Below are positions 27,287 through 35,236 of a DNA stretch of 64,000 nt, piece after piece. How positions within the stretch are numbered: the stretch's first letter is position 1; every line of letters starts with the position of its first letter. A program made the translations under genes and the position numbers. The notes under the pieces were generated by a model, which had not been told where the DNA came from, made no database searches, and worked only from the letters and a program-made list of their open reading frames with translations. The stretch comes from Chlamydiia bacterium (GTDB lineage Bacteria > Chlamydiota > Chlamydiia > Chlamydiales > 2-12-FULL-49-11): assembly GCA_022601595.1 (NCBI GenBank), contig JAJACI010000001.1, positions 66,536-130,535 on the forward strand, given 5' to 3'.

Positions 27287-28080
27287 GATCCTAACCACCC
27301 TGCAAATTTTCTTTTAGGCTCTTCTTCATTACTCTCTTCTTCCGAGCCAAAGAGTGATCTAATGATCACTTTAAAGCGCTCTATTTTAATTCCTCTTGTT
27401 ATGATACCTTCACGAGCAATAGAGACTTTCCCTGTTTCTTCGGAGGCGACAATAACTACAGCGTCTGTAACAATGCTTAGGCCTACTGCCGCCCTATGGC
27501 GCGTTCCTAGGTTTTTTTGTACATGAGGGGTATCGGCAAGAGGAAGTATAGCCCCTGCTGCTGCGATTTTCTGGTCTCGGATAATAACAGCGCCATCGTG
27601 AAGAGGGGAGTATCTAGAGAAGATGGCATCAACAAGTTCATTACTAAATTTAGCACCAATGATACTGGATTTATTGATAAAGTCTTCTAATGAGTCTTCT
27701 CTTTCAAGAACTATTAGAGCTCCTGTTTGCTTAGAAGAGAGATTGTATACCGATGTGGTTAGTTCTTCTAAAAAGGTGTCAAAATCACTTATCTGTTTAA
27801 ACCGCTTTCCTTTAAGGCTTAATTTCGAGAGAGCAACTCGTAATTCTGGTTGGAATATTACTATAATACCAATGATCGCAACATTGGCAATAAGGAGCAT
27901 GATCTTATGAAGAACAGGAAAGGGTAAAAGGGAAGAGAACGCATAGATGAGCAAAAAGGCGAAGAAACCTAAAAGTAAATCCATAGAGCGCGTGCTCCAG
28001 AAAAAGGAAAGTAAATAGTTAATCATTACGGTAATAATGACAACTTCCACCATCGGATTTACAAATGAAAAGATACTCAA
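27283..28080 (-). CDS. cdaA: Diadenylate cyclase (c-di-AMP synthase) CdaA/DacA
   Basis: Three N-terminal TM helices and a DAC domain with TGALIVLERED, PLHDGAVIIRD, LGTRHRAAVGLS and ASEETGKVS motifs. Confidence 0.9.
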   Translation of the reverse strand: MSIFSFVNPMVEVVIITVMINYLLSFFWSTRSMDLLLGFFAFLLIYAFSSLLPFPVLHKIMLLIANVAIIGIIVIFQPELRVALSKLSLKGKRFKQISDFDTFLEELTTSVYNLSSKQTGALIVLEREDSLEDFINKSSIIGAKFSNELVDAIFSRYSPLHDGAVIIRDQKIAAAGAILPLADTPHVQKNLGTRHRAAVGLSIVTDAVVIVASEETGKVSIAREGIITRGIKIERFKVIIRSLFGSEEESNEEEPKRKFAGWLGS

Positions 28081-28137
28081 CGTTGTTTTTTTACCTCTGG
28101 GTGTATATATCCCTTGTGTCTTTTTTCTTTAATAATA

Positions 28138-28776
28138 TCAAGCAAAATCTAAGCCTCCTGCGACTTTATCACGTGGGCTCATAATCCTATAATTTAAATA
28201 ATTACCAACTTTTAAGCCATCTTCCCGCGTTATCTTGCCAGTCTCTCCCATACACAAACCAATAATATTTAGGCCTTCTTTTTTCTGTTTATGAATAAAG
28301 TGGAGCATTCTATAAGAATCAGATAAGTCTTTTGAAGTGGTGCATAGTTTGTATGCATAGGCTTTTTTTTGTTTCATTTTCTCTAAAACTTTCTCTAGCA
28401 ATGGGGGCGTTTTCTCAAAATCGTGATAGGAAGCAATGATTTTTGTGTCTGTAATATCTTTAAAGAGCTGCTCGGAAAGATCCCATTCAATATCCATATA
28501 ATCAGGCTTTAATAGAGATAATCTTCTTACTTCTTGCTCAAGCAGATCGATCTTTCGGTTATAGCCGCCGCCACCTGTTAAAGATCTAAGGGTGATGATG
28601 ATTTTTTTTCCCTTTGCTCTGCACATATCTATAATAGCTTTAATATTTTCTATGTTAATCTCTTTAAATAGATCCAGTCGGAGTTCTATACCGTCCATTG
28701 TCTTAAGCGCTTTTCGTATTCTTAAAAGTGCAGTGCTATACTCTGGTCCTGCTACTACAATAAATTCCATAGTCAA
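28138..28776 (-). CDS. aroD: 3-dehydroquinate dehydratase, type I
   Basis: GIELRLDLF, ITLRS..GGG, IIASYHDFEKTP and CMGETGKITR motifs. Adjacent to the aro cluster. Confidence 0.75.
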   Translation of the reverse strand: MTMEFIVVAGPEYSTALLRIRKALKTMDGIELRLDLFKEINIENIKAIIDMCRAKGKKIIITLRSLTGGGGYNRKIDLLEQEVRRLSLLKPDYMDIEWDLSEQLFKDITDTKIIASYHDFEKTPPLLEKVLEKMKQKKAYAYKLCTTSKDLSDSYRMLHFIHKQKKEGLNIIGLCMGETGKITREDGLKVGNYLNYRIMSPRDKVAGGLDFA

Positions 28777-28835
28777 AATTATTTGGTTTGCTATATTCTA
28801 TAGAAATCGTAAATAAATCACACTATTTAATTTAT

Positions 28836-29831
28836 ATGATCAGCGCAAAGACTCGTGAAATGGAGATTTTTCTAGAAAAGGTAATGGAAAGAGGGCATAA
28901 AGTGCTATTAATTACAGATGAAAATGTAGCTACTATATACGCCAGCTTTCTAGAAAATCTCCCCTTTCCTTACTTGGTGCTCTCTGCTGGAGAAAAGACA
29001 AAAAGCCGGGAGATGAAGAGCTTTATTGAGGATTATTTATGCAGAGGCGGCTATTTGAAAAATACCGAGCTGATAGCATTTGGCGGGGGCGTTATATCAG
29101 ATCTTGTAGGTTTTGTTAGCTCCACTTACATGAGAGGAATCCCTTTTTCTATTATCCCTACTACCATTATCGGGTATGTCGATGCAAGCGTAGGCGGGAA
29201 AAATGGTATAAACACTTCTTATGGAAAGAATCTTATTGGAACTTTTCACTTTCCACAAGATGTATGTTTGGAAAAAGGGTTTTTTAAAACCTTGCCAAAA
29301 AAGTTATATGAGGAGCAGCTGTCAGAAGTGGTGAAAATAGCTTTGACAAGTGATAGGGATCTGTTTTTCTCTATGAATGATGCTATTGCTCGAGCAAGGG
29401 CTATTAAACTTGCAATTGTTCAAAAGGATCAAAAAGAGCTTGGTCTTCGCAAGATATTGAATTTTGGCCATACCTTCGCCCATGCCTATGAGATGCTAAT
29501 GGATTATAAGGTATCACATGGAAAAGCTGTTTGGAAAGGAATATATTTTGCCTCCTGCCTTAGTTTTCACATGGGAATTTTACCCGAAAAGGAATGGGAG
29601 GTAATCAAAGGGAGGTGTAAAGAGAGTTATTCAGATATAGATGGAGAGAAATTATTTACCGCAATGTTAATGGATAAGAAAAACGAGGGTAGCACACCTA
29701 TGTTTGTTTTCCTTTCAGAGATAGGCAAGGTCTATCAGCCTGAGGGTAAAGTGATCCATGCAGCGGAAAAACAAATGGTATTAAAGACGCTTGAAGCGCT
29801 TAAAAAGGAAGGGGTATGCACTGTATTATAG
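28836..29831 (+). CDS. aroB: 3-dehydroquinate synthase
   Basis: GEKTKS, FGGGVISDLVGFVSSTYMRGIPF, VDASVGGKNGIN and LNFGHTFAHA motifs. The start is uncertain (TTG 28788, ATG 28836 or ATG 28860). Confidence 0.9.
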   Translation: MISAKTREMEIFLEKVMERGHKVLLITDENVATIYASFLENLPFPYLVLSAGEKTKSREMKSFIEDYLCRGGYLKNTELIAFGGGVISDLVGFVSSTYMRGIPFSIIPTTIIGYVDASVGGKNGINTSYGKNLIGTFHFPQDVCLEKGFFKTLPKKLYEEQLSEVVKIALTSDRDLFFSMNDAIARARAIKLAIVQKDQKELGLRKILNFGHTFAHAYEMLMDYKVSHGKAVWKGIYFASCLSFHMGILPEKEWEVIKGRCKESYSDIDGEKLFTAMLMDKKNEGSTPMFVFLSEIGKVYQPEGKVIHAAEKQMVLKTLEALKKEGVCTVL

Positions 29832-31126
29832 AACCAGGAAAGGTAAGTGGTGATGTCTATATTCCCCCTTCCAAATCAGAGACAATGCGGGCGATTGTAT
29901 TTGCGGCAATGGCAAAAGGGGTGTCTCATATAGATAATATCCTTCCATCACCTGATACCTATTTTATGATAGAAGGGGTGCAAGCATTTGGAGCAAAAGT
30001 GAAAACCAATGGCTTATCTTTAGAGATAACAGGGGTAGCGGGGGTTCCTACATGCCCAGATCACATAATAGATGTAGGAAACTCAGGGCTTGCTTTGCGC
30101 TTTTTATTATCTCTTGCTGCTTTAGTAGAGGGAGAGGTGTTGTTAACAGGGGATGAGTCAATTAAAACACGGCGCCCGGTAAAGCCTTTGCTCGAAGTAT
30201 ATGAGAGATGCGGTATGGAGGTGTTATCATTTGATCAACGGCAAGATGGATGTATGTCTATTAAGGGGAAGATGAAACCAGGATCGATGTTAATACAGGG
30301 CGAGGATTCCCAACCGGTTTCTTCTTTATTATTTACCGCAGCCTTTTTAAAAGGGGCTTCAGAGATCTATGTTTTAAAAGCTGGGGAAAAACCTTTTGTC
30401 GATTTAACCGTGCATTGGTTAGAATTTGTAGGTGCGGGCGTATACAACGAAAGTTATCGAGTATTTGAAGTGGAGGGAGGGTTATCCTATCTAGGATTTT
30501 CTTTAAAGATAGGAGGCGATTATAGCACAGCCCTCTTTCCCATCGGTACTGCCCTTGTCACAGGTGGACATATGCAGGTTCATGGATTAAATCAGGAGAG
30601 TATGCAGGGAGATAGGAAGGCTCTAGATATTTTTAAAGAGATGGGAGCTACGATAGCATTTAGCAAGGATGGGGCATTAACGGCTATGTGTGATGGGGAG
30701 TTAAAAGGGGTGGATGTAGATATCAACCACTGTATAGATGTACTGCCTATTTTGGCGGTGGTTGCCTCTTTTGCAAATTCAAAGACCGTGATTAGAGGAG
30801 CGGAGATAGCTAGGTTGAAGGAATCGAATAGAATAGCGGTAATGGTAGAGCAGCTTAGAGAAATGGGAGCTTTTGTGGAAGATAGAGTAGATGGGATGGT
30901 AATCTATCCTTCAAAGTTGTATGGTGCTCACCTGTCAGGAGAAAAAGATCACCGTGTGGTGATGGCTTTGATGGCAGCGGCCGCTGGAGCTGAAGGAAAC
31001 TCGATGATTACAGGTCCCGAGGTATTGGTAAAAACATACCCAACAGCGGTATATGATTTTTTGGCATGTGGAATGAAGATCAGCTTAAAAGTAAAACAGG
31101 AAAAAAGGATTAGCAGAAATGAGTAA
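29816..31126 (+). CDS. aroA: 3-phosphoshikimate 1-carboxyvinyltransferase (EPSP synthase)
   Basis: PPSKSETMRA, GNSGLALRFL, TRRPVKPL, KESNRI and DHRVVMAL motifs. Confidence 0.95.
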   Translation: MHCIIEPGKVSGDVYIPPSKSETMRAIVFAAMAKGVSHIDNILPSPDTYFMIEGVQAFGAKVKTNGLSLEITGVAGVPTCPDHIIDVGNSGLALRFLLSLAALVEGEVLLTGDESIKTRRPVKPLLEVYERCGMEVLSFDQRQDGCMSIKGKMKPGSMLIQGEDSQPVSSLLFTAAFLKGASEIYVLKAGEKPFVDLTVHWLEFVGAGVYNESYRVFEVEGGLSYLGFSLKIGGDYSTALFPIGTALVTGGHMQVHGLNQESMQGDRKALDIFKEMGATIAFSKDGALTAMCDGELKGVDVDINHCIDVLPILAVVASFANSKTVIRGAEIARLKESNRIAVMVEQLREMGAFVEDRVDGMVIYPSKLYGAHLSGEKDHRVVMALMAAAAGAEGNSMITGPEVLVKTYPTAVYDFLACGMKISLKVKQEKRISRNE

Positions 31127-31598
31127 TATAGTTTTGATAGGGTTTCAGGGAGTGGGCAAGACATTTTTTGGAAAGAGGCTTGCCAAACATTTAAGGTGGG
31201 ATTTTATAGATACAGACAAGCTTTTGTGTGCAGAATTTGGCGGGGGGATGACCAAGAAGGAGATCTTTGTTAGCATAGGAGAGCGGGAGTTTAGAAAGAG
31301 AGAAAAGGCTATTTTAAAAAGCCTTATTGGTAATGAGCGTTGCGTAATAGCGGCAGGCGGAGGTGTTGTCGAGGTGAAGGGCGTACGTTCTATCTTATGG
31401 CAGCTTGGGAAAGTGATATACCTAAAGAAAGATTTAGCTTGCTTAGAAGAAGCTCATGAAGGGGGAGAGAGAATGTATCTTAGAGGGCAGAGTGTCGAAG
31501 AGGTGTATCAACGAAGGTCTGCTCTTTATCAAGAAATATGTACGGAGACAGTGGAGGCAGAGTGGGATCAAATTCTTTTGGCAGACAGTTTAAAGTAA
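31119..31598 (+). CDS. aroK: Shikimate kinase
   Basis: IVLIGFQGVGKTFFGKRLA Walker A followed by FIDTD. Confidence 0.9.
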   Translation: MSNIVLIGFQGVGKTFFGKRLAKHLRWDFIDTDKLLCAEFGGGMTKKEIFVSIGEREFRKREKAILKSLIGNERCVIAAGGGVVEVKGVRSILWQLGKVIYLKKDLACLEEAHEGGERMYLRGQSVEEVYQRRSALYQEICTETVEAEWDQILLADSLK

Positions 31599-32566
31599 CC
31601 AGTTTTGGGGAGTCTCATGGGAAAGGGATAGGATGCGTAATAGATGGATGCCCTGCAGGTGTTTATCTTGATGAGCAGATGTTTGCCTCTGCGATGAAAA
31701 GGCGAAGGCCTGGTTTTTCTCCCTTCACCTCACCGAGAAAAGAGGAAGATAGAGTAGAGATTTTATCTGGAGTATTTGAAAATACATCCACAGGGGCACC
31801 TATTACCTTATGGATAGAGAATAAAGATCAGAAAAGCACCTCCTATGAAGAAGTGAAGGATGTGATACGGCCCGGACATGCAAACTTTAGCTACTTAAAA
31901 AAGTATGGTATTTTCGATTATAGAGGGGGAGGAAGAGCGTCTGCCCGAGAGACAGCAACGCGTGTCGCAGCAGGGGTGGTGGCTAAACAATTACTTGGTG
32001 CTATTGTCATTCAAGCAAAAGTTATCCAAGTGGGGGGATATAAAGAGAACTTCAAAAAAGTACTTGAACAAGTGATAGAAGAGGGGGATTCGGTAGGCGG
32101 TATTATAGAATGTAATATTAAAAATGTCCCTCCCGGGCTTGGCGATCCTATCTATGAAAAGGTGGAGGCAAACCTTGCTAAAGCGATGCTTTCTATCAAC
32201 GCATGCCGAGGTGTAGAGTTTGGAGATGGCTTTGATTCAGCAGCTATGAAAGGCTCTTTGCACAATGACCAAATGGAAAATGGAAAATTTTTAACCAACC
32301 ACCACGGCGGAATCCTTGCAGGGATCACGACAGGAGAAGAGATAACCTTTAGAGCAGCCTTTAAACCCACCTCAAGCATCAAAAAAGAGATGAAAACGCT
32401 GCTTACCTGCGGAGCAAATACCACTTTAGCCCCTAAAAAAAACACAAGACATGATCCATGTGTCGCACTACGCGCCCCTGCGATTGTGGAAGCAATGGCC
32501 GCCCTTGTTTTCGCAGATTTTATTTTACTTAGCAATTGTGATAAATTGGAAAAAACTTTAACATAG
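31538..32566 (+). CDS. aroC: Chorismate synthase
   Basis: FGESHG, RRPG, GGGRASARETA and RHDPCV motifs. The real start may be the GTG at 31562. Confidence 0.95.
   Translation: MYGDSGGRVGSNSFGRQFKVTSFGESHGKGIGCVIDGCPAGVYLDEQMFASAMKRRRPGFSPFTSPRKEEDRVEILSGVFENTSTGAPITLWIENKDQKSTSYEEVKDVIRPGHANFSYLKKYGIFDYRGGGRASARETATRVAAGVVAKQLLGAIVIQAKVIQVGGYKENFKKVLEQVIEEGDSVGGIIECNIKNVPPGLGDPIYEKVEANLAKAMLSINACRGVEFGDGFDSAAMKGSLHNDQMENGKFLTNHHGGILAGITTGEEITFRAAFKPTSSIKKEMKTLLTCGANTTLAPKKNTRHDPCVALRAPAIVEAMAALVFADFILLSNCDKLEKTLT
32526..32565 (+). repeat. Direct repeat copy 1 (native 3' end of aroC)
   Basis: TACTTAGCAATTGTGATAAATTGGAAAAAACTTTAACATA. 37 of 40 bp are identical to 33789-33828. Confidence 0.9.
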
Positions 32567-32571
32567 ATTAC

Positions 32572-32731
32572 TATAGTCATTACCGTTTCATATGGCGTCT
32601 TCTTCTGCGAATTTGTGTAGTCTTTTGGTAAATGCATCTTGCTAATATTTATAATATTAGCTCGCTAACCCCCCCAAAACCCCCTCAAAAATTCATTGAA
32701 TAACAAACCATATGAAACGGTAATGACTATA
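32572..32731. mobile_element. MITE-like element, family C (160 bp, perfect 24-bp terminal inverted repeats)
   Basis: TATAGTCATTACCGTTTCATATGG ... CCATATGAAACGGTAATGACTATA with a central hairpin GCTAATATT-TAT-AATATTAGC and C7/C5 runs. Solo termini occur at 37485, 57943 and 63084. Confidence 0.85.
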
Positions 32732-32757
32732 TTAAATATTTTAGGTTAATCTTATGA

Positions 32758-33025
32758 AGTTCTCTTTATGATCCGCCGCCATATACATGGGATGATCTAG
32801 GCGATGACGCAACAAAGTGCCCTGGAGAAGGATTTAAATGGGGGGGGTAGTGGGGCTCCAGAAACTGGAAATGGTAATTGGGTGAAGGGTAGAAGAAAAG
32901 AATTTGACCTTCTTCATCCTGATTTTGATAATCCCCAGCATGACCCGCATTGGGACTATGAGAGCTCAGAATTTCCTGCAGGAGTTAGAATATATCCAGA
33001 TGGATGGGAGCATAAGGTACCATGA
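32758..33025 (+). pseudogene. Start-less, frameshifted fragment resembling the C-terminal toxin domain of a polymorphic toxin
   Basis: Two frames join across the G8 tract (32840-32847) to read SSLYDPPPYTWDDLGDDATKCPGEGFKWGG|SGAPETGNGNWVKGRRKEFDLLHPDFDNPQHDPHWDYESSEFPAGVRIYPDGWEHKVP. There is no start codon in the upstream frame. The tracked ORF 32804..33025 is the downstream part. Confidence 0.5.
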
Positions 33026-33483
33026 TACGAGAATTAGTTAAGTATAAATTAGACAAAGAAAAAATCCTGGAATATTTTCGTTGGAATTTAAAAGATTTAA
33101 ATATTTTGTCCAAAGAGGTTGTTGAAAATACTCCTTTTGACAAAGGAGAGTTTTACACGTTAATGCCAAAAGGCTTGTCGGAGGAGCAGGTGCATAGTTT
33201 TCGAGGGGGATGTGTAAAAAGTCACGGTATTCAGGAAGGAGTGTGTGATTTTATTTACAAAAAACAGAAATCAAATTCTGCTTTATTTTGTATATTTGAC
33301 GCTTTGTATGAAGAGTATGATTCAGATTTTGGTATAGGAGATGATCTTTTTTCAAAAATATCAGTGCATAATAATTGCAAGGAAATATATTTAGCTGTAC
33401 TAGATGGTGGGTTTTATGTGAGTTTATTACAAAAATGCTTTCAAATGACGGACTGTATTTGGCATTCACAAAGGAGACCTTGA
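33022..33483 (+). CDS. Hypothetical protein (153 aa), candidate immunity protein of the preceding toxin-like fragment
   Basis: ATGA start/stop overlap with the toxin-like ORF. The last four codons plus the stop (QRRP-TGA) are encoded by the terminus of element A6. No family recognised. Confidence 0.5.
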   Translation: MIRELVKYKLDKEKILEYFRWNLKDLNILSKEVVENTPFDKGEFYTLMPKGLSEEQVHSFRGGCVKSHGIQEGVCDFIYKKQKSNSALFCIFDALYEEYDSDFGIGDDLFSKISVHNNCKEIYLAVLDGGFYVSLLQKCFQMTDCIWHSQRRP

Positions 33484-33635
33484 TAAACGACACTTTTTAG
33501 AATTTCTTCAGATTTTTTGAAAGGTATTCTATTTTGGAGTAAGCGGCATCCCTGTCGGGATGGGGCGAAACGAAAAATAGAATGGATAAGAAATCTGGGA
33601 GATTATAAAACTGTCCTTTTATCAAGGTCTCCTTA
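33469..33635 (+). mobile_element. MITE-like palindromic element, subfamily A, copy A6
   Basis: CAAAGGAGACCTTGATAAACGACAC ... CTTTTATCAAGGTCTCCTTAG. Both termini carry the same CT-to-CC / AG-to-GG change, which preserves complementarity. The centre is CATCCC-TGTC-GGGATG. Confidence 0.9.
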
Positions 33636-33788
33636 GATGGTGATGAGTGATATCCCGTTTGAGAGAAATAAGGATAAGAGTATATCTACGCAGCAATTAG
33701 AGGATATAGCGAAAAAAGCACAGCTTGTTGTGCTTAGGGCCTATGACCAAGAGGGGTATGTTTTTTGGCAAAGAAATAGTGCGTTGAG

Positions 33789-33828
33789 TACTTAGTAATT
33801 GTGATAAATTGGAAAAAACTTTAGTATA
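33789..33828 (+). repeat. Direct repeat copy 2 (duplicated aroC 3' end) immediately upstream of cydA
   Basis: TACTTAGTAATTGTGATAAATTGGAAAAAACTTTAGTATA. It would encode LLSNCDKLEKTLV-stop, matching the aroC C-terminus LLSNCDKLEKTLT-stop. Confidence 0.9.
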
Positions 33829-33858
33829 AAATAATATTATACAATAAGGGCTTATCAT

Positions 33859-35226
33859 ATGGATGTAACCATGCTTTCTCGTATTCAATTTGCATTGAAT
33901 ATTTCTTTTCACTATTTGTTCCCTCCAATGTCAATAGGCCTTGCTTGGGTGATTATAATCATGGAAGGGATCTACCTTAAAACAAAAAACAAAGAGTATT
34001 ATAAAATCACAAGGTTCTTAGTGAATATTTTTGGTCTGTTTTTTGCCATGGGAGTGGCAACAGGTTTTGTTCAGCTTTTTGCTTTTGGAAATAATTGGTC
34101 GCAGTTTTCTAAGTTTGTGGGCAATGTCTTTGGATCTTTGCTTGCGGCAGAGGGAGTTTTTGCCTTTTTCATGGAGGCAGGATTTTTAGGGATAATGATT
34201 TTTGGGTGGACAAAAGTAAAGCCTGTTACTCATTATATTTCAACTATCTTGGTGGGTCTTGGAGCTACCTTTTCAGCAACTTGGATTGTGATGGCAAATT
34301 CATGGATGCAAACCCCTGCTGGATATAAAATTATTGGAGAGGGGATTCATAGAAGAGCTGTTATCACAGATTTGTGGGCGGTATATTTCAACCCTTCTTT
34401 TTTAACCAGGCTCGGCCATGTTCTTTTAGGTTGTTTTTTGATGGGGATATTTTTAGTGATTAGTATTTCTGCCTATTATGTATTAAAGAAAAAGCATGAG
34501 TATTTTGGTAAAAAGATGTTAAAGGGAGCTCTTATTACGGCCTTTGTTGTGTTGATACTACAGTTATGGTCGGCAGATAGTAGTGCTCGCGTAGTTGCAA
34601 AGCATCAGCCGGTGAAATTTGCTGCGATGGAAGCGGTTTTTGAGACAAAGCCAAATACACCAATATCTATTATCGGCATTGTTGATATGAAAGATGAAAA
34701 GGTTTACGGCCTTTCTGTGCCATCGCTTCTTAGTTTGTTAACTTTCCACAACCTTCACGAAGCGGTTCCTGGATTAAATGAATTTCCAAAAGAGGACTGG
34801 CCTCATGTTCCGACGGTATTTTATAGTTATCATATGATGATCTATTGTTGGGGAGGGATGTTATTTATTGCAATTTTAGGGCTTATTTTTAGAAAAAGTC
34901 TTGATAGGAGAAAGTGGTTTTTATGGGGAGCAATGTTATCTATTGCCTTTCCTTATATTGCAAACCTTGCTGGTTGGTTTACTGCCGAGGTGGGAAGGCA
35001 GCCATGGATTGTTCATGGGGTGATGCGAACTGCTCAGGGAGTCTCGCGAGTGATACACAGATCTGATGTGATTGCATCACTTGTTATGTTCACCGTTATG
35101 TATACGATGATGGGCGTACTATTTGTCTACCTGTTAAATAAAAAGATACAAAAAGGGCCTGTCTTTGATGATGATGAGTCAAGCTCAGAGTATAGAGATC
35201 CATTTTTAGAATTAAACAAAAAATAA
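33859..35226 (+). CDS. cydA: Cytochrome bd ubiquinol oxidase subunit I
   Basis: LSRIQFALNISFHYLFPPMSIGLA and GWFTAEVGRQPWIVHGVMRT motifs. Confidence 0.95.
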   Translation: MDVTMLSRIQFALNISFHYLFPPMSIGLAWVIIIMEGIYLKTKNKEYYKITRFLVNIFGLFFAMGVATGFVQLFAFGNNWSQFSKFVGNVFGSLLAAEGVFAFFMEAGFLGIMIFGWTKVKPVTHYISTILVGLGATFSATWIVMANSWMQTPAGYKIIGEGIHRRAVITDLWAVYFNPSFLTRLGHVLLGCFLMGIFLVISISAYYVLKKKHEYFGKKMLKGALITAFVVLILQLWSADSSARVVAKHQPVKFAAMEAVFETKPNTPISIIGIVDMKDEKVYGLSVPSLLSLLTFHNLHEAVPGLNEFPKEDWPHVPTVFYSYHMMIYCWGGMLFIAILGLIFRKSLDRRKWFLWGAMLSIAFPYIANLAGWFTAEVGRQPWIVHGVMRTAQGVSRVIHRSDVIASLVMFTVMYTMMGVLFVYLLNKKIQKGPVFDDDESSSEYRDPFLELNKK

Positions 35227-35236
35227 GGGCGAAATT

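Noticed and set aside
31601-31618. GGGGAGTCTCATGGG in aroC resembles the element terminus core GAGTCTC.
   Set aside because: It encodes the universally conserved chorismate synthase motif FGESHG. The similarity is short and coincidental.
32152-32637. 161-aa minus-strand ORF overlapping the aroC 3' end, and the similar 71-aa ORF 33697..33912.
   Set aside because: Both are shadow ORFs. Their shared KVFSNLSQLLS segment only reflects the 40-bp aroC 3'-end duplication read on the opposite strand.
33637-33795. 52-aa ORF (MVMSDIPFERNKDKSISTQQLEDIAKKAQLVVLRAYDQEGYVFWQRNSALST) between element A6 and the duplicated aroC end, considered as a possible antitoxin-like gene.
   Set aside because: It has no SD and no recognisable family, and its 3' end runs into the duplicated aroC sequence. 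It may be a relic of the inserted cassette, but the evidence is too weak to call it a gene.
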